Positions 25,896-39,759 of a stretch of DNA of 64,000 nt are shown here, one piece after another (positions within the stretch are counted from its first letter, which is position 1; every line of letters starts with the position of its first letter). Made by a program: the position numbers and the translations under genes. A model generated the notes under the pieces. That model was not told the DNA's origin, did not search any database, and saw nothing but the letters and a program-made list of their open reading frames with translations. Source of the stretch: Octopus bimaculoides (taxonomy: Eukaryota); assembly GCF_001194135.2 (NCBI RefSeq), contig NC_068982.1:36198318-36262317 (forward strand), in the 5' to 3' direction.

Positions 25896-28036
25896 TTTCA
25901 GCAGCTTAATATCTGCAAGGAAGCTTATTTCCTATGGGTAATCATGTCTTTGCAAATGCAATATTAAAATATAACAAAATAGAAATACAAAATATATACA
26001 TCTATAGGATGTGGTGATTCAATGCAAAATGTAGCCTCATTTTTAGAAATATGGAGTACTATTAAAATATTCCACACTACAGAGAACATCTGTAGCAAAT
26101 GACATAAGGACCCAAAATATTTTGAACTCTGAATATAGGTTCTTACTTTTATACCACAGTCACCTTCACATAAAGACATGTAACAAAACAGCCATTAAAC
26201 AGAAGGAAAGACACCTTTTAAATTCAACCATTTACAAGAAGGATAAAAGTCTGTAAAAGTAACACCTACATGCATGCTTATAAAAAGATCTAAGTTACGT
26301 TGTTAACCACTGGTGGTTATTCTGTCACAAAGGAAATAAATCAAGAAAGCACAAAAGTACACAGATACATACACATATGCACACACTCGTATATGCATGC
26401 ACATAGAAACAGGGAAAGGATGAAAGAGAGACAACATATGGCTGGGTAAGTTGCAAGAGTGTGAAGGGAGAAGCAACGTAGAGAATGTAACATGGTAGTT
26501 GAGAAGAAGAGATAATTTGGTAGCACAGAAGGGTTTTCAATGTAAAATGTGAGTGAAGAGGGGGCAGTATTGAGGATGAAGGTTGGATAACAAATTAAAT
26601 GGTTTTGGGTGTCAAAAAACACCTATCATCACCATTATCATCATTTTAATCCATTCTCCAAGTTGGCAGGAGTTGGTTAGGTGTTACAGTCTGGATCAGT
26701 TTTTATTTGACGTTACTGACTCTTTAGACAATCCCTATCTTACTTCTATGTTCTAATTTTGGCATGGTTTCTATACTGGATGTCTTTCTTAATACCATAT
26801 GGAATTCTGGGTTCACTCTGAGTGACACCTAAGGTAACTGCCTTCTACTACAGTTTCAGATCCAGTAATGTCATACGAATGGAATTAGGTAGGCAGAAAT
26901 TGTAGGGAACCCTGTCAAGTGAATATGTGCACGCACATGCATCTGCTTATGTTCAGGCCTTGTAATTTAGCCATTCAATAAGTGTCGGACTTAAAAATAA
27001 GCACTGAAGTCAATATGATAGCGTAAATTCTTTAAGACAGTGACCAAGCATGATTACAGTCCATGTCAGAAAAAAAATTTAAAAAATGTGTGTGTGTGTG
27101 TTTATGTGAGTGAAGGGAAGATGGTGATGGTTGTGATAGATAAAATATTTCTAATTGTGAAATACTAGTATAGGTATATTGGCTCAACGTTTGGCAGTGC
27201 TTCTTTGGCACAGAATTAAGGGATAACGTTCCATATTTGGAATAATCTGTATATAAGTGTGTGTAGTTAGTTTAAACAAAAATGCATATACACACATGCA
27301 CATGCACACACACATGAAATTCATGTGTGTAACAACAGAGTATCTTGTGCTTCTTTACAACAAATCTATTCCCGAGCCAATTATTTGGTGTCAAACAACT
27401 TAACTTTGGCTAATGATCAATAACGCTTTGTATCAAAAGAACAAGTTGAAGTGAAAATTTTACAAATATAGAAACATATTAAGAGGAGAAAATAAGAATA
27501 AACATTCATGACTCAATTAGAGCCAAACCCCGAAACAAAAATAAAACACGATAAATAAATGAAATTTTAAATATTTCATATTCAAAACAGGCATTTGTTT
27601 GCATCTGCTTGTCAGTGAACTGCTAAATATACTTTGAAGGAAAGACAGCTTTTAAAAAAGTGGAAGAATATTTACATAATTGAATTTTCAGTGTGTAACT
27701 TAAATAGTTCATATGTTAGAAAAAAAATCAATGAAAACAAACCAAAAAAAAACCCCAAAACAATGTGAGAACACCTTTACAGAATTCGCAAAACACCACC
27801 AGAAGAACAGAACTATTTTATTATGTTGGATATTTACTAGATTTCCTCAAAATAATTAAGAAAACAGAACATAAACAATGAGTTTAGCTATTTTAAAAAG
27901 AAAAGAAAATAGCAAAATTTAGAAAAAACACTTGCTTAAAAAAAAAAAAATCTTTGTCGAATTTAGGTAGAAGATTAGCTATAATCAGAATGCATTTTTT
28001 AGTAATATGTTATAAATGTAGTACTGATAACCCAGT

Positions 28037-28414
28037 GGAGACGCAATGGCCCAGTGGTTAGAGCAGCGGACTCGCGGTTGTCGGATCACAGTTTCGATTT
28101 CCAGACCAGGTGTTGTGTTTATTGAGTGAAAACACCTAAAAGTTCCACGAGGCTCTGGCAGAGAGTGGTGGCGAATCCTGCTGTACTCTTTCAACACAAC
28201 TCTCTCCCACTCTTCCTGTTTCTGTTGTACCTGTATTTCAAAGGGCCAGCCTTGTCATACTCCGTGTCACGCTGAAGCTGAATCTCCCCAAGAACTACGT
28301 TAAGGGTACACGTATCTGTGGAGAGCTCAGCCACTTGTGCATTGATTTCATGAACAGGCTGTTCTGTTGATTGGATCAACTGGAACCCTCATTGTCGTAA
28401 CTGACAGAATGCCA
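28037..28414 (+). mobile_element. tRNA(Arg)-like SINE, family D (OR1-like)
   Basis: Head GGAGACGCAATGGCCCAGTGGTTAGAGCAGCGGACTCGCGG...GTTTCGATTTCC, with A and B boxes and a TCG anticodon-like loop, followed by an ~300-bp body. Confidence 0.7.
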
Positions 28415-30204
28415 CTAACTAACTGATAACCCTATTGAAGGCTTCCAATACTGGTAGGGAGTTAGTTATCCTCTGACTAAAGCCCTGACCCAAATACTTG
28501 CAACAGAATGGACTCCACTAAAGTTACCAACGTTCAAGTGTGGTGGTGTTTAATTGGGCATTAGATTAAATCAATTACATTTATTGATTTTTGCTCAGTA
28601 TTTTCTTCAAGATTATATTCTGTATCAACTAAAGATTAATTAGTGTCCTTTTTTTTTTTGTTTACATAAAAGAGTAAGATATAACATTTATTGTTCCAAA
28701 TACTCTGTACACTCAAATACTTTAGGCATCTAGCAATAAACAAAATTTCCAAATATTGATAATTTAATTGATAAAAGAAATTATTAATACTTTACTATCA
28801 CAACATAGTATTGGTGGGGTGTTGGGCCCACAATCACAATTCCTGAACAAGGCAGTATGTTATGTCTTTGAAGAAGGTACTTCATTTCATATTGCTCCAG
28901 TCAACTCTGCTGAAAACATATATCAGCCTAGTTATGATGCAGCTGTCCCTCTTTTTAGTTGTCATGTCTTCAATGTTTCACTGGATCAAAGGTGAGAGAG
29001 CTAAGAAAGTGCCTATGTCTGCCACCAACAACATAGGTGCCTAAAGCAATTATTGAAAGTTTGGTACTTCCAATGAAGTTATACTCACTTGCGAATGATG
29101 GCTATGGTTTTTATGACAATTGAGTTCTCTCAAGTTAGCTCTTATCCTCTCCATCCTATCTCTCTCTCTGTCCCCGCTTTTTTTCTTTCTCAGTTACTCA
29201 TACACATACCCATGGGTACCCTAGCATATGGAAACATATGATAACCTATGGCTGACTAGCACTCAAGAGTTGTCAATATAGCTTTGTTATGAGGTCCAAC
29301 TAGCAGCAGTTAGTGACACTGTGTGTTGTTTCTGGTTTAAATCTCAACAACTCAATCAACATAGTTGTTAAATTACTGACTAAATTCCAAGAAATTAATG
29401 ACTGAAGAATTTAATTTACAAACTATATAGTATGTCAGCATACAATGGTAGTTGAGATGTCAACTCTACAAATGAAATGCTAAGTTAAGATTCTCAAAGA
29501 ACTAACATGTCATTTATAGACATAATTAAGTAAGATTTAGGTTGTGCAGAATATTAATCCAAAAGATAGGCAGATTCCAGAAAATTCAGGCATTTTTTTT
29601 TTGGTGAGGTGAGGTTTGAATCAGGTATATTTAGCAAAGTATTTTCAAGACAAATAGTGAGCTTTTGACAATGGACACAGAACAATGGTAGTGGGGATTT
29701 AATGTTGTTTTCATTCATTTATCTAAGGAAAGGGGGCAGTGTCTGTAATTTTTGTGCAGCTGAGTTAGTATGTTAATATTCTATTGGAACCAGTAGCAAA
29801 TGAAAGCAATTTTTAATTTGAATTGCTGCAGGTTAATAATTGTAGAGAAATACAGGAGTTGGATTAGAATTCGAAAGAATTGGAATTGAAGCAGACATTA
29901 AGTGTGGTGGATTTAATCATGGGGGTCCTGCTTATAGAACTTGGTTGAAAAGAGGTGGGTGGGTGGATTCCACAAGCTTTACAGAAGTAACTCTTAGCAA
30001 GGGACCAGAAAACTTGGTTGCAAAATAGGAGATGAGAGAGGATATGCTAGCTGCGCGATGCACAAATTTGTCTTGTTTTCCTCATTGTCATCTTACATGC
30101 ATTGCATAGGCTAGTGGTCAATTCTTTGGTTGTGAATGGAAACTTCCTCCGGGTGTTGAAGACAATGTTCTTTGACTGCATCATCAATAGTCTTGGCAAC
30201 AAAA

Positions 30205-30340
30205 AGTGTAAGCATACATAGGAAGTATGATATTGCATGGTAGAGGGGCATGACACATGCATTAGTAAGACATGCACATTGAATGCAGGAGATCTGAAGA
30301 GGCTGAAGAGAAACGAGGCAAGCATGATTCATTGGATGGA
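30205..30340 (+). mobile_element. RTE ORF2 fragment
   Basis: AYIGSMILHGRGA* ... NAGDLKRLKRNEASMIHWM resembles the MLHGSETW...RLERNEASM motif. Confidence 0.55.
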
Positions 30341-30634
30341 TAATTTTAACATGAATTAGATCACAAGTGCCCTGAGATAGATATCAATACACGACAGAAA
30401 GAGAGACAACTATACAACAGCCCTCATTACCCATTCATTACATGCATGAACATGTGATGTGAATGGGTGATGAGTGTTGGACAAAAAAGTACAGTGGAGA
30501 AAAATGTTCTGGAGATATTCATAGGGAAGGAAGGAGTGATGAAGTCAGATCTCAGGAAGCTGGACTTCACATATGTGATGAGAATATTACTTGGGTACTG
30601 TGTTGAGAGAGACACTGAGAGGCACCAAAGTAGC

Positions 30635-30691
<57 letters not shown>

Positions 30692-33021
30692 GTGATGAAT
30701 GTCAATAAAGACTAATCAGGAGAGGGAGTGGAAGTTAGCAGCATAGTGGGGGTAATGCTAGCTGGTAAGTGAGCGATGAAAGTCAATAAAGGAATGATGG
30801 TAGGGAGAAGAGGAGATGGAAGGAATGTTGATTAGTAGTACATTGGGGTAAAAAGACAGAGTGCATCAGAAGATCTGATGCAATCTCTTTTTACTGAAGC
30901 ACTGTGATATTTGGAAGAGAACCGTGAAATATGTGGTGGCAGTGGGAGCATTGAATATGGACAAATCTGTTTGCTCTTACACACACATGCATGCACACGT
31001 ATAATACACATATGCATGCCTATATAAAGAGGTAAATGAGTCTCCATTTGTTTCGGCAATGGGTATTTCAGTTGTTCAACCAAGTGAATTACTTGCTTTT
31101 ATTAGTTTGTAAGTGGCTGAGTATATAAAAAACACAGGCAAATTAGTGTGACATGGTTTGTGACAAGACTAACCCTTTGAATCACAGGGACATCTGAAGC
31201 CACCTGATGGGCTTCCATACAGTTTTACTCTACCCAGTTTCATTCACAAGAAGCCACTCCACTCCCTAGTTTCAGCTGAGTCCACCTTGCCCATGGTGCA
31301 GGCTTTAATACTGATTATAGGCTGCACTTAATGGCTAGTGGGCAATAATCCATGCTCCATTAAACTCATTATAGTCATATGCTCAATCTTAGATTACTCC
31401 TCAAAGCTTTGTGTTTGCGTACATGTGCACGTGTGTACATGTATGCATGTAAGTATATGTATGTATACATATATGTATATTTATATATTTTATTTATATA
31501 CATATATATATATATCGTGTATATAGTTTATAGAGGATTTATTTTGACAAGACACAAGGTCACAAATGGAATTAGATCAGACCTAGTTAAGTAAATGAAT
31601 TCTGGTATCTTACAGAGATGTATTATATTAACCCCGGAAAGATGAAAGGCCAAGTTCACTATGATATTAATTGAACTTATATCTAGAAGGATACTATCAC
31701 ATAGTGCATATAAAGTTTTGAGTGTGCATCTATTGTGTCATGTATTTTATAAAGCTACCATCTGTAAGTGTTAAAAACATTAATAAAAACCATTTACCAA
31801 CACCAATTTAGTGACGAACAGAAGGTTTACACTAATCATAATAAGATGCCTGACAAATAGGAGTTTCGTTTATAAAACATGCTAGAAGAAAACTGAATAA
31901 AATCAAAATGTCAATAGCAAGAGAGAGTTGATTTGGTTACTTTAATATTTTAAAGTTAAATGCTTCACTGAGTTGATGAGTTTTATGTTGATGTAACAAG
32001 TGGGTAAAATAATGTATATGAAATAAAATTTAAAAAAAAGATTAATATGGCTATTGATACAAAGAGTAATCCTCACTTCCTAAAGTCTTCTTGAAACAAT
32101 GTAAGTGTAGGATTAATTTAATCATCCTTATCTTATAAACTCAGAATACTAAATAGCTTATAAGCTCTATTACATTTTCATTTAAATCTTTCAATGCTAG
32201 ATTTAAATCAATTCTTTATGCAAGAAGATTTATATTTCATAAGTTTTCATAAAACTCAATTCAAATTATTTTATAACATGTTAAAAGTGATTTGGATGTA
32301 TGTGATAAAAAGAAAAACAAAATCTGTTGTTTCATAAAGATTACATAAAACAAAGAGTTTCCATGAAAAAAATATGCCATTTTGTAATTAACAAAAACAG
32401 GAATCAATTACATTAATAAGTGAAGACTACCAGAAATTTGATCTGCTTGGGATTTTCTCAATTTCTATACAAGTTTCTAAGAATAGTACAAAGCCTAATG
32501 GAAAACACATATTATATACAATACTAGTATAGCTGTGCCATTAAAAATGAAGGAATTTTAAAAGAAATAAACTGCTAATGGTATGTAATAAATACATCAA
32601 CATAACATACATTCCATATATTTAATATAGACTTGTATAGTAAAGTTAATTAAATTCTCATCAAAAATAGTTTGAAGGATTGAATGGAAAGAAAATAAAT
32701 ATAAGGTAAAGTTTTATATTAATTGATTTAGCATTTTATTGAGGTAAAGATGATAAAAACTTTATTTAATTCCTCAACTAATATTTTATTAAAAGCACAG
32801 GTAATCTTGCATCATCAAAAATGACAATGATACAAGCATAATAAAAGGTATTCATATTCATGACCTATGTTAAAGAATGCAAAATGAATACTGCTCACAG
32901 TATAGTTAGTTAGTTAGTTCATGTGTGATTGACATTCTCGACAACATCCTTTGAAAATTTCTATCACTAAAAGGAGTTGAACTTACGCTCCTTTTCATTT
33001 GTTCTACCACTGAACTGCATA

Positions 33022-33103
33022 ATAATTTAGCAGGACAGAAGAAAAATGAATAATTTAGTAGGACAGAAGAAAAATGAATAATTTAGCAGGACAGAAGAAA
33101 AAT
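33022..33103. repeat. 28-bp tandem repeat x3
   Basis: ATAATTTAG(C/T)AGGACAGAAGAAAAATGA at 33022, 33050 and 33078. Confidence 0.95.
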
Positions 33104-33343
33104 ATGTTTGTGTGTGCATGCGTGCATGTTTTCTTCCCAGTTTAGGGAAGAAAAGAGAGAAATTAGAAAAAAGCTAAATTAAGACATGAGATATTTTCAT
33201 TTACTTCTGAAGTTTCAGTGTTTATGTGAGTCAGTGTGTGTGTGTGTGTATTGAATTGTGAATACATATTTCTCAAAGATACCAGAATTGAAACAGCAAA
33301 AATTTCAAATTTTATTAAAGTGTAATAACCTATGACATAATGA

Positions 33344-33385
<42 letters not shown>

Positions 33386-33828
33386 ATGCATACATATATC
33401 ATGTGTTAATGTATTTCTGTGACACTGAGACTCTCTCTCTTCCTGCCATCTCATTCTTCTGTCTTCTTTGTAAGGAACTAGAGAGAGATATTTTGTATTT
33501 AATGTGGTGCTTTAAATTAAGTTAAAAATTTATCAATCGAATTGAGTTTTATATATTTGTCCCTCTGCAGTTGATTAAATAAGTCCATGTAATACGAAGT
33601 GAAAATGTCTATGAATCTATCAGGTTGTTGGTTAACAACTCTAGATACCATCTTCACATCATGAGTTGAGAAATATCATTAATCTCTTTCTGAATTAACT
33701 GAATTCATAGGAGTGAAAATTAAAGTTTAATTAGTCAAGAGTGGATCTTAAAACTAATTTATTGATCACTGTGAAATATATTTCTTAAATAAATTAGCTG
33801 CTTGTCTGACTAGCAAAAAGACATAATA

Positions 33829-33890
33829 CAGTGGAGCCTCGGTTTACAAATTTAATTCATTCTTGAAGGCCATTTGTCACCTGAAATTTC
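33829..33890 (+). mobile_element. pogo/Tigger-like terminal fragment
   Basis: TA|CAGTGGAGCCTCGGTTTACAAATTTAATTCATTC resembles Tigger-type TIRs. No partner end was seen. Confidence 0.45.
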
Positions 33891-34084
33891 CAGATAGTAA
33901 ATTCAAGAAAAACCGGTGATTTCAAGCAGGGATGTGCAGTAACTGATGCTCTTCCACCGATACTCTGAGCTTGTCACCAACTGTTGGTGCTGGCTTGCAT
34001 GTTCATTACTCAAAACACTGTTTGTCACCTGAGAGGTTTTATGTTTGAAAAATTGCTTATAAACTGATTTGTTTCCACATAAAA

Positions 34085-34382
34085 GTATCCATGCAGTGCC
34101 ATGTAAAAGTGCCTGTGTAGGGCACCATGTAAAAGTTCCTTTGCGATGCCATGTAAAAGCATTCATGTGGTTCTACGTAAAAGCGCTTGTGCAGTGCCAC
34201 GTAAAAGCACCCAGCACACTCTGTAAAGTGGTTAACATCAGGAAGGGCATCCAGCTATAGAAACCATGCCAAATGAGATAGGAATCAGGTGCAGCTCCCC
34301 AGTTTGCCTGCTCTGGTCAAACTGTTCAACCCATGCCAAAATGGACAATGGACATTAAATGACAATGATGATGATGACGATA
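34085..34382 (+). mobile_element. RTE 3' tail with ~24-bp CCATGTAAAAGC repeats
   Basis: Five degenerate units, then the standard tail and (GAT)n. Further tails lie at about 35455-35842, 36990-37300 and 42300-42510. Confidence 0.75.
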
Positions 34383-37300
34383 AGTGTTCATAAAATGAAG
34401 TTCCACTGTATATTGATGTTTAAAATACTAGGATGCCTCATATACTGAAGTGTTATAATGAAATACTGACTTATTATTTAAGTATGAAATTTCTATAGAA
34501 GTGGGTAATGGGATAGTGTGACGTAGAGGCATTTCCCCAAGAACATTAGTGATGTAAGTGAAGTGTTTACTAGCGCAAATTAAAACTGGGTCATGGTCTC
34601 AGGTCACAAGGAAATTAATGTCACATAACAGCATCAGCCATTTTGTAACTGTAGAATAGTGAGTGATAATAACATAGGGTCCTATTTAATGAAATATTTC
34701 ATACAGATGTTTATTATAAAACATCTGGAACACCGTCTCTCAAAATATACTTTTATCACTCGCCTGTTTCATTGAAAAGTTTTATCATCATATGGCTATT
34801 AGTAAAACTATTCCACCACTATCACTATCACCACAACAACCACCACCATCACTATCATCATCATCATCATTAATTATAACAGAAATGAATGGAAGATTAT
34901 TCTCCTTTCTATCATACAATTATATTTTTCTATTTCTAGTATATATTTATGTGTGTGTGTGTGTGTGTGTGCACACATTATATATACTTTGTAGTGTCTT
35001 AGGAGAGTCACAATGCCAATAAAAATAACACACACTCTGGTTCAATTCTACTCCTTTATCATTAGTCAAGTGATTAAATATCTATCCAACTAACTAATCG
35101 ATCATTTGTTTAACTTATTCATTAAACAGTCAGTCATTTATTTTATTTTTTGTTTAATGTAAAGTAAAAGTATAAACAGGCAAACAACTGGTATCAAATT
35201 AGATTGTGACATTTATATATGTTTATCATGGGGTTTGAGTTGTTATATGAGATCATAAGGAAGTAGTCTCTTACAGCTGTTTCAATAATAGATGAACAGA
35301 TGGTGCATTTCCCTGCATACCATCAGCAGTTAACTTTATAGTAGCAACCTATCCTATCAAAGGTCAGAATGGCTAGCAGTATGTATTTAAAAACCAAAGA
35401 CAAATAAAGGTATACTAACTAATGCGGACCATAAATTCTTGATTTAATAAAATTATCTCACGGGGCCTCACAGAGGCAGTGTCATGTAACTAGCACTTGT
35501 GCTGGTGGAATGAAAAAGCACCTTTCGAACATTGGGCTTCATGGAGGCAATGACAAATGACCAAGACATTTGGCAATATGCCGTGCTTGAATAGAAGACT
35601 TATCAAGCCAAGTGAGATCATAGTTGTGGCAGGTACTGGTGTCATGCAACTGGCACCTGTGCTGGTGACACATAAAAGCACCCATTACACTCTTGGAGTG
35701 GTTGGTATTAGGAAGGGCATTGAACCATAGAAACCATGCCAAATCAGACTGGAGTTTGGTGCAGCCCCTCAGCTTACCAGCCCTGGTCAAACTGTCCAAC
35801 CAACACCAGTATGGACAATGGATGTTAAATGATGATGATGATCTCTGCTTCCAGTGATGGTAGACCAATCTGTCGGTGGCAATTGGTATTTAGTATCTCA
35901 CCATCAGCTACATTATTTTAAAAACTTTTTTTTGTCAAAATTGGAAGGTACCAACATATCTAACCAAAACAGCAATGAACCAACAGTGGAGCCTGATCTA
36001 CTTGAAATAATAGCCAAATTGCCTTCAGATTACACCACCAGAAGGAAAGAAGACATCAAATAATGTAGCCCTATGTAAAAAGATGGGATGAAATACTTTT
36101 AATCATGGGTCTGCTAAATCAAAGCAGATCTGAGATTAAACAATAATCAAACAATAAAAACTAACAGAATTCTCACACAAATTGTGTGAATAGATGTTGT
36201 ATAGCAAAAGCATTTATATGAAGCATTTAGATCTAAAGAACTTGCTGTAAGTTTATCATTTTATTTTCTCTATACTATTTGAAACACAAGAAAAGATCTT
36301 TAACACTCAATTTTATTCAGGTAGTTAATTGCAGTGTGTGGTCCTCAGAGACAAACAAAAATAAGTTGGTATGTATTAGCATCCAATTAGTTTGAAACTA
36401 AATGAAAAGTCGACCCAGTCAAGCTGTTTTGAACAAAAGAAACAATGACTCTCAGTGTAAGCATAAATTTTGAAGTTACTAATTAATGCAATACATTTGA
36501 ACAAGTAGATGAAACTTTATTATACAGAAAATGATATTGATGACATCTATAAGTGTATACATGCCTTTATTTTTAGCTTTTATTTGTTTCAGTCACTGAA
36601 TTGCAGCCATGTGGGGACACTACCTTAGGGAGTTTTAGTTGAATGAATTGAACCCAGTACTTTCTATCATCCCATCTATACTCTGAACCCCATTCCTTGT
36701 GATATATCACCATCACCTCTCTCCTGCTGTATCCCTCTCTCTCTCTCTCTCCCTCCCTTGCTCTTCCCTCTGGCTGGGTAACCATATATCTCCTCTACAG
36801 CAGCACACCTGTCTCTGTCCTCTTTCTTGTTACCCCTCTCTCCCTCTCTCTTTCTTTCTCTCTCTTCCCCGGGTAACCATGAACATCCTCTTTAACAAGA
36901 CACCTGTTTCTGCGTCTGTCTCTCTGTCACACTCTAATCTTTCATCATCTGACACAAGATCACTTCCTTGAATTCCCTCTCCCTCTCAAAATTACTTGTC
37001 TTGCAAGTTACTTGGTGACCCTGTCAGTGCTGGTGCCACATAAAAAGCATTCAGTCCACACTGTGAAGTGATTGGCATTTGGAAGGACATCCAGCTGTAA
37101 AAATTACACCAAGGCTGACCTTGCCTGTGCTAGTGCTATGTAAAAAGCACTGAGTCCACTCTATGGAGTGGTTGGTGTTAGGAGGGGCATCCAGCCATAA
37201 AAACCATGTCAAAACAGACACAGTAGCCTGGCTGGCTCCTGTCAAATTGTCCAACCCATGCCAACATGGAAGACAGACGTTAAATGATGATGATGGTGAT

Positions 37301-37399
37301 GATATTATCAAAATGTAAATTTTTGTTAAACATTATTATAATACATATTAATCACAGCTGATAAAATGGTTTCTCATTATACAGGTAGGTCATATAAGA

Positions 37400-37640
37400 T
37401 CCTTCTTGAGTCATATAGACCCATGGGGCTGGTTTTCCTGTTTCCATGGTGCATATATCCTCCCTTGGATGGGATGCCATTTCATTGCAGGATTACTCAT
37501 TTTGGCCAGCTGAGTTGACTGAAGGAACATGAAATGAAGTGTTTTGCTCAAGAACACAACGCGTTGCCAGGTGCAGGAATTGAAACCATAATCTAATGAT
37601 CATGAGTCCAACACCCTAACCACTAAGCTATGTGCCTCCA
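37400..37640 (-). mobile_element. SINE family C
   Basis: Reverse-complement match to 5109-5391. Confidence 0.7.
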
Positions 37641-38284
37641 CATAGGCAGATCACATAAAGATGACTAATATTAAATCATAGAATTCCATGATATATTGCC
37701 ATAATGGTTCTCCAGTATTCTTAATATTTAAGAAAAAAGCACTGCTTTTCTAAATATTTCCTAATGAATATTTTGTTGTTACATAATTATAAAGGGTATC
37801 ACAATTATATTGCCCAAATCAATAGCTGACTGTAGATTAACCTCAATTTTGTGAGGTTTTAGTTTAAATATTCTAATCTAAACGTCTTTGAGGCCATTAA
37901 GTTATTGAAATTTATACATTAAAATTCTTTGCATGCAACATCAAAGTGTTCAGCTCTTATGACGAAATCACTTGCCTTTAATGTATCTTTCAAATTTACA
38001 TTCAACATCACTATCAGAACATACTCAGCTCATTTCCCTGGAGTTATTACAGATTTACTATTTTTACCATTCATGTTTCAATAATTCATTCAATCTTTTT
38101 TAGCACTCATTTAAGCTCTATTTTCCTAAGTATTATGCTATACCATTAAGACATAACTATTTCAACTAGATCCAGAACAGTCTTTAGGCTTAGACTATTG
38201 GTACTATTAGTTTCTGCAGAACACTTATTTTCACTTGTTAATTTAGTACTGATCTGTCAACATATTATTTATGCATCAACTGAA

Positions 38285-38490
38285 GGTGGTGAGCTGGCAG
38301 AATCGTTAGCATGCCGGGCGAAATGCTTAGTTGTATTTCGTCTGCCACTACATTCTGTGTTCAAATTCTGCTGAGGTCGACTTCACCTTTCATCCTCTCA
38401 GGGTCAATAAGTCAAGTACCAGCTGAATGTTATTGACTGTCCCCCTCCCTGCAAAATCTAGGCCTTGTGCCTATAGTGGAAAGGATTATT
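38285..38490 (+). mobile_element. SINE family A, well preserved
   Basis: GGTGGTGAGCTGGCAGAATCGTTAGCATGCCGGGCGAAATGCTTAG...GTTCAAATTCTGCTGAGGTCGAC. Confidence 0.85.
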
Positions 38491-38932
38491 TATGCATCAA
38501 CTGTCTGTACTGATTACACAGTGCAATTGTTTTTTTTTTTGCATTTGGTCAGTAAGTGTTTAATCAAAGGAAATTACAACTATTCTCTTCAAACTTTGCT
38601 TTTGTGACCTATTTTGAAACTGACCTATTATTTTCTATTACATTTCAGACAGATTCAGTGCTGAGTTACTGAAGCAGAAATATTGTCATAGCGAATATTC
38701 TGCTCAATGCCACATATTTGCTTGTGAGTTGCTTGACCTTAACCGCTTGAGCTTATTCCACAGTGGCTGACAATGTGTATCTCTGATCATGAGCAGTAGT
38801 GTGGGAGCCTCATAGACATGTGTTGAGAAAGATTCTTTGGGGTTTGAATAAATGTAACACAAGCAAAGTCTGAAGGAAATATTAGCCATTTTTCATACTC
38901 TCTAGGAGTAAGCAAATAGGAAGTGACATCGC

Positions 38933-39451
38933 AAACTCAATACGGAGGCCTACATCAAGTGCCTGAAGGAGGTAGTGCTGCCCTGGGTCAAAAGGGTGGC
39001 TGCTGGAAGACTTTATGTCTGGCAACAGGACTCTGCACCATGCCACACAAACAGAACCCAGTCATGGCTGTCAGACAATTTCTGTGACCACATCACCCCT
39101 CACATCTAGCCACCTAACTCCCCAGACTGCAACTCCTTTGATTATTATATGTGGGGCACAGTTGAGTGAAAGACCAACAAAACTCCTTGTAACACCAAAG
39201 ATGAACTGAAGGCAAGGATTATGGTAGCATTCACCAACTTAAACAAGGAGACCGTTCAGAAGAGTTGCAGGAAATTCCAAAGTCATTTGGAGGCCGTGGT
39301 TGAAACCAATGGTGATTTTATTGAATAAATTTACTCTTTAGTATTTCAAAATATTTTAATGTAATTTTGATAAATATATCTGTTAAAATGAGATGTCAGT
39401 GTTATTTTCATTTTCGTGTAATTTAGACGACAGTTTATTCACTGCACCCTG
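38933..39451 (+). mobile_element. Tc1/mariner maT (DD37D)-type transposase 3' remnant with right TIR
   Basis: KLNTEAYIKCLKEVVLPWVKRVAAGRLYVWQQDSAPCHT...I*PPNSPDCNSFDYYMWGTVE*KTNKTP...LEAVVETNGDFIE*. It ends TTTATTCACTGCACCCTG|TA. There are two in-frame stops. Confidence 0.85.
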
Positions 39452-39556
39452 TATATAAAATTAGCTAGTGAGTTCTATGTTTGTAAATAAAATGTAGCGT
39501 CAAATCTCCAGGCAATCTGTTTTATCTAAATTCATCTATTCTAATTATTATCCCAA

Positions 39557-39716
39557 NNNNNNNNNNNNNNNNNNNNNNNNNNNNNNNNNNNNNNNNNNNN
39601 NNNNNNNNNNNNNNNNNNNNNNNNNNNNNNNNNNNNNNNNNNNNNNNNNNNNNNNNNNNNNNNNNNNNNNNNNNNNNNNNNNNNNNNNNNNNNNNNNNNN
39701 NNNNNNNNNNNNNNNN
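39557..39716. other. Assembly gap (N run)
   Basis: Seen directly. Other gaps are at 44242-44405, 54243-54438, 61245-61470 and 62044-62053. Confidence 0.99.

Positions 39717-39759
<43 letters not shown>

Noticed and set aside
26914-26990. Y RNA-like GUCCGA...CUUGAC pair on the minus strand inside the RO60 intron
   Set aside because: There is no terminal stem, no GUG/CAC upper stem and no oligo-T terminator. The GUCCGA half lies in a decayed SINE tail.
28768-28995. 75-aa plus-strand ORF
   Set aside because: It overlaps a decayed family C SINE.
33022-33103. CRISPR-like 28-bp repeats
   Set aside because: The units are contiguous with no spacers, in a eukaryotic intron with no cas genes.
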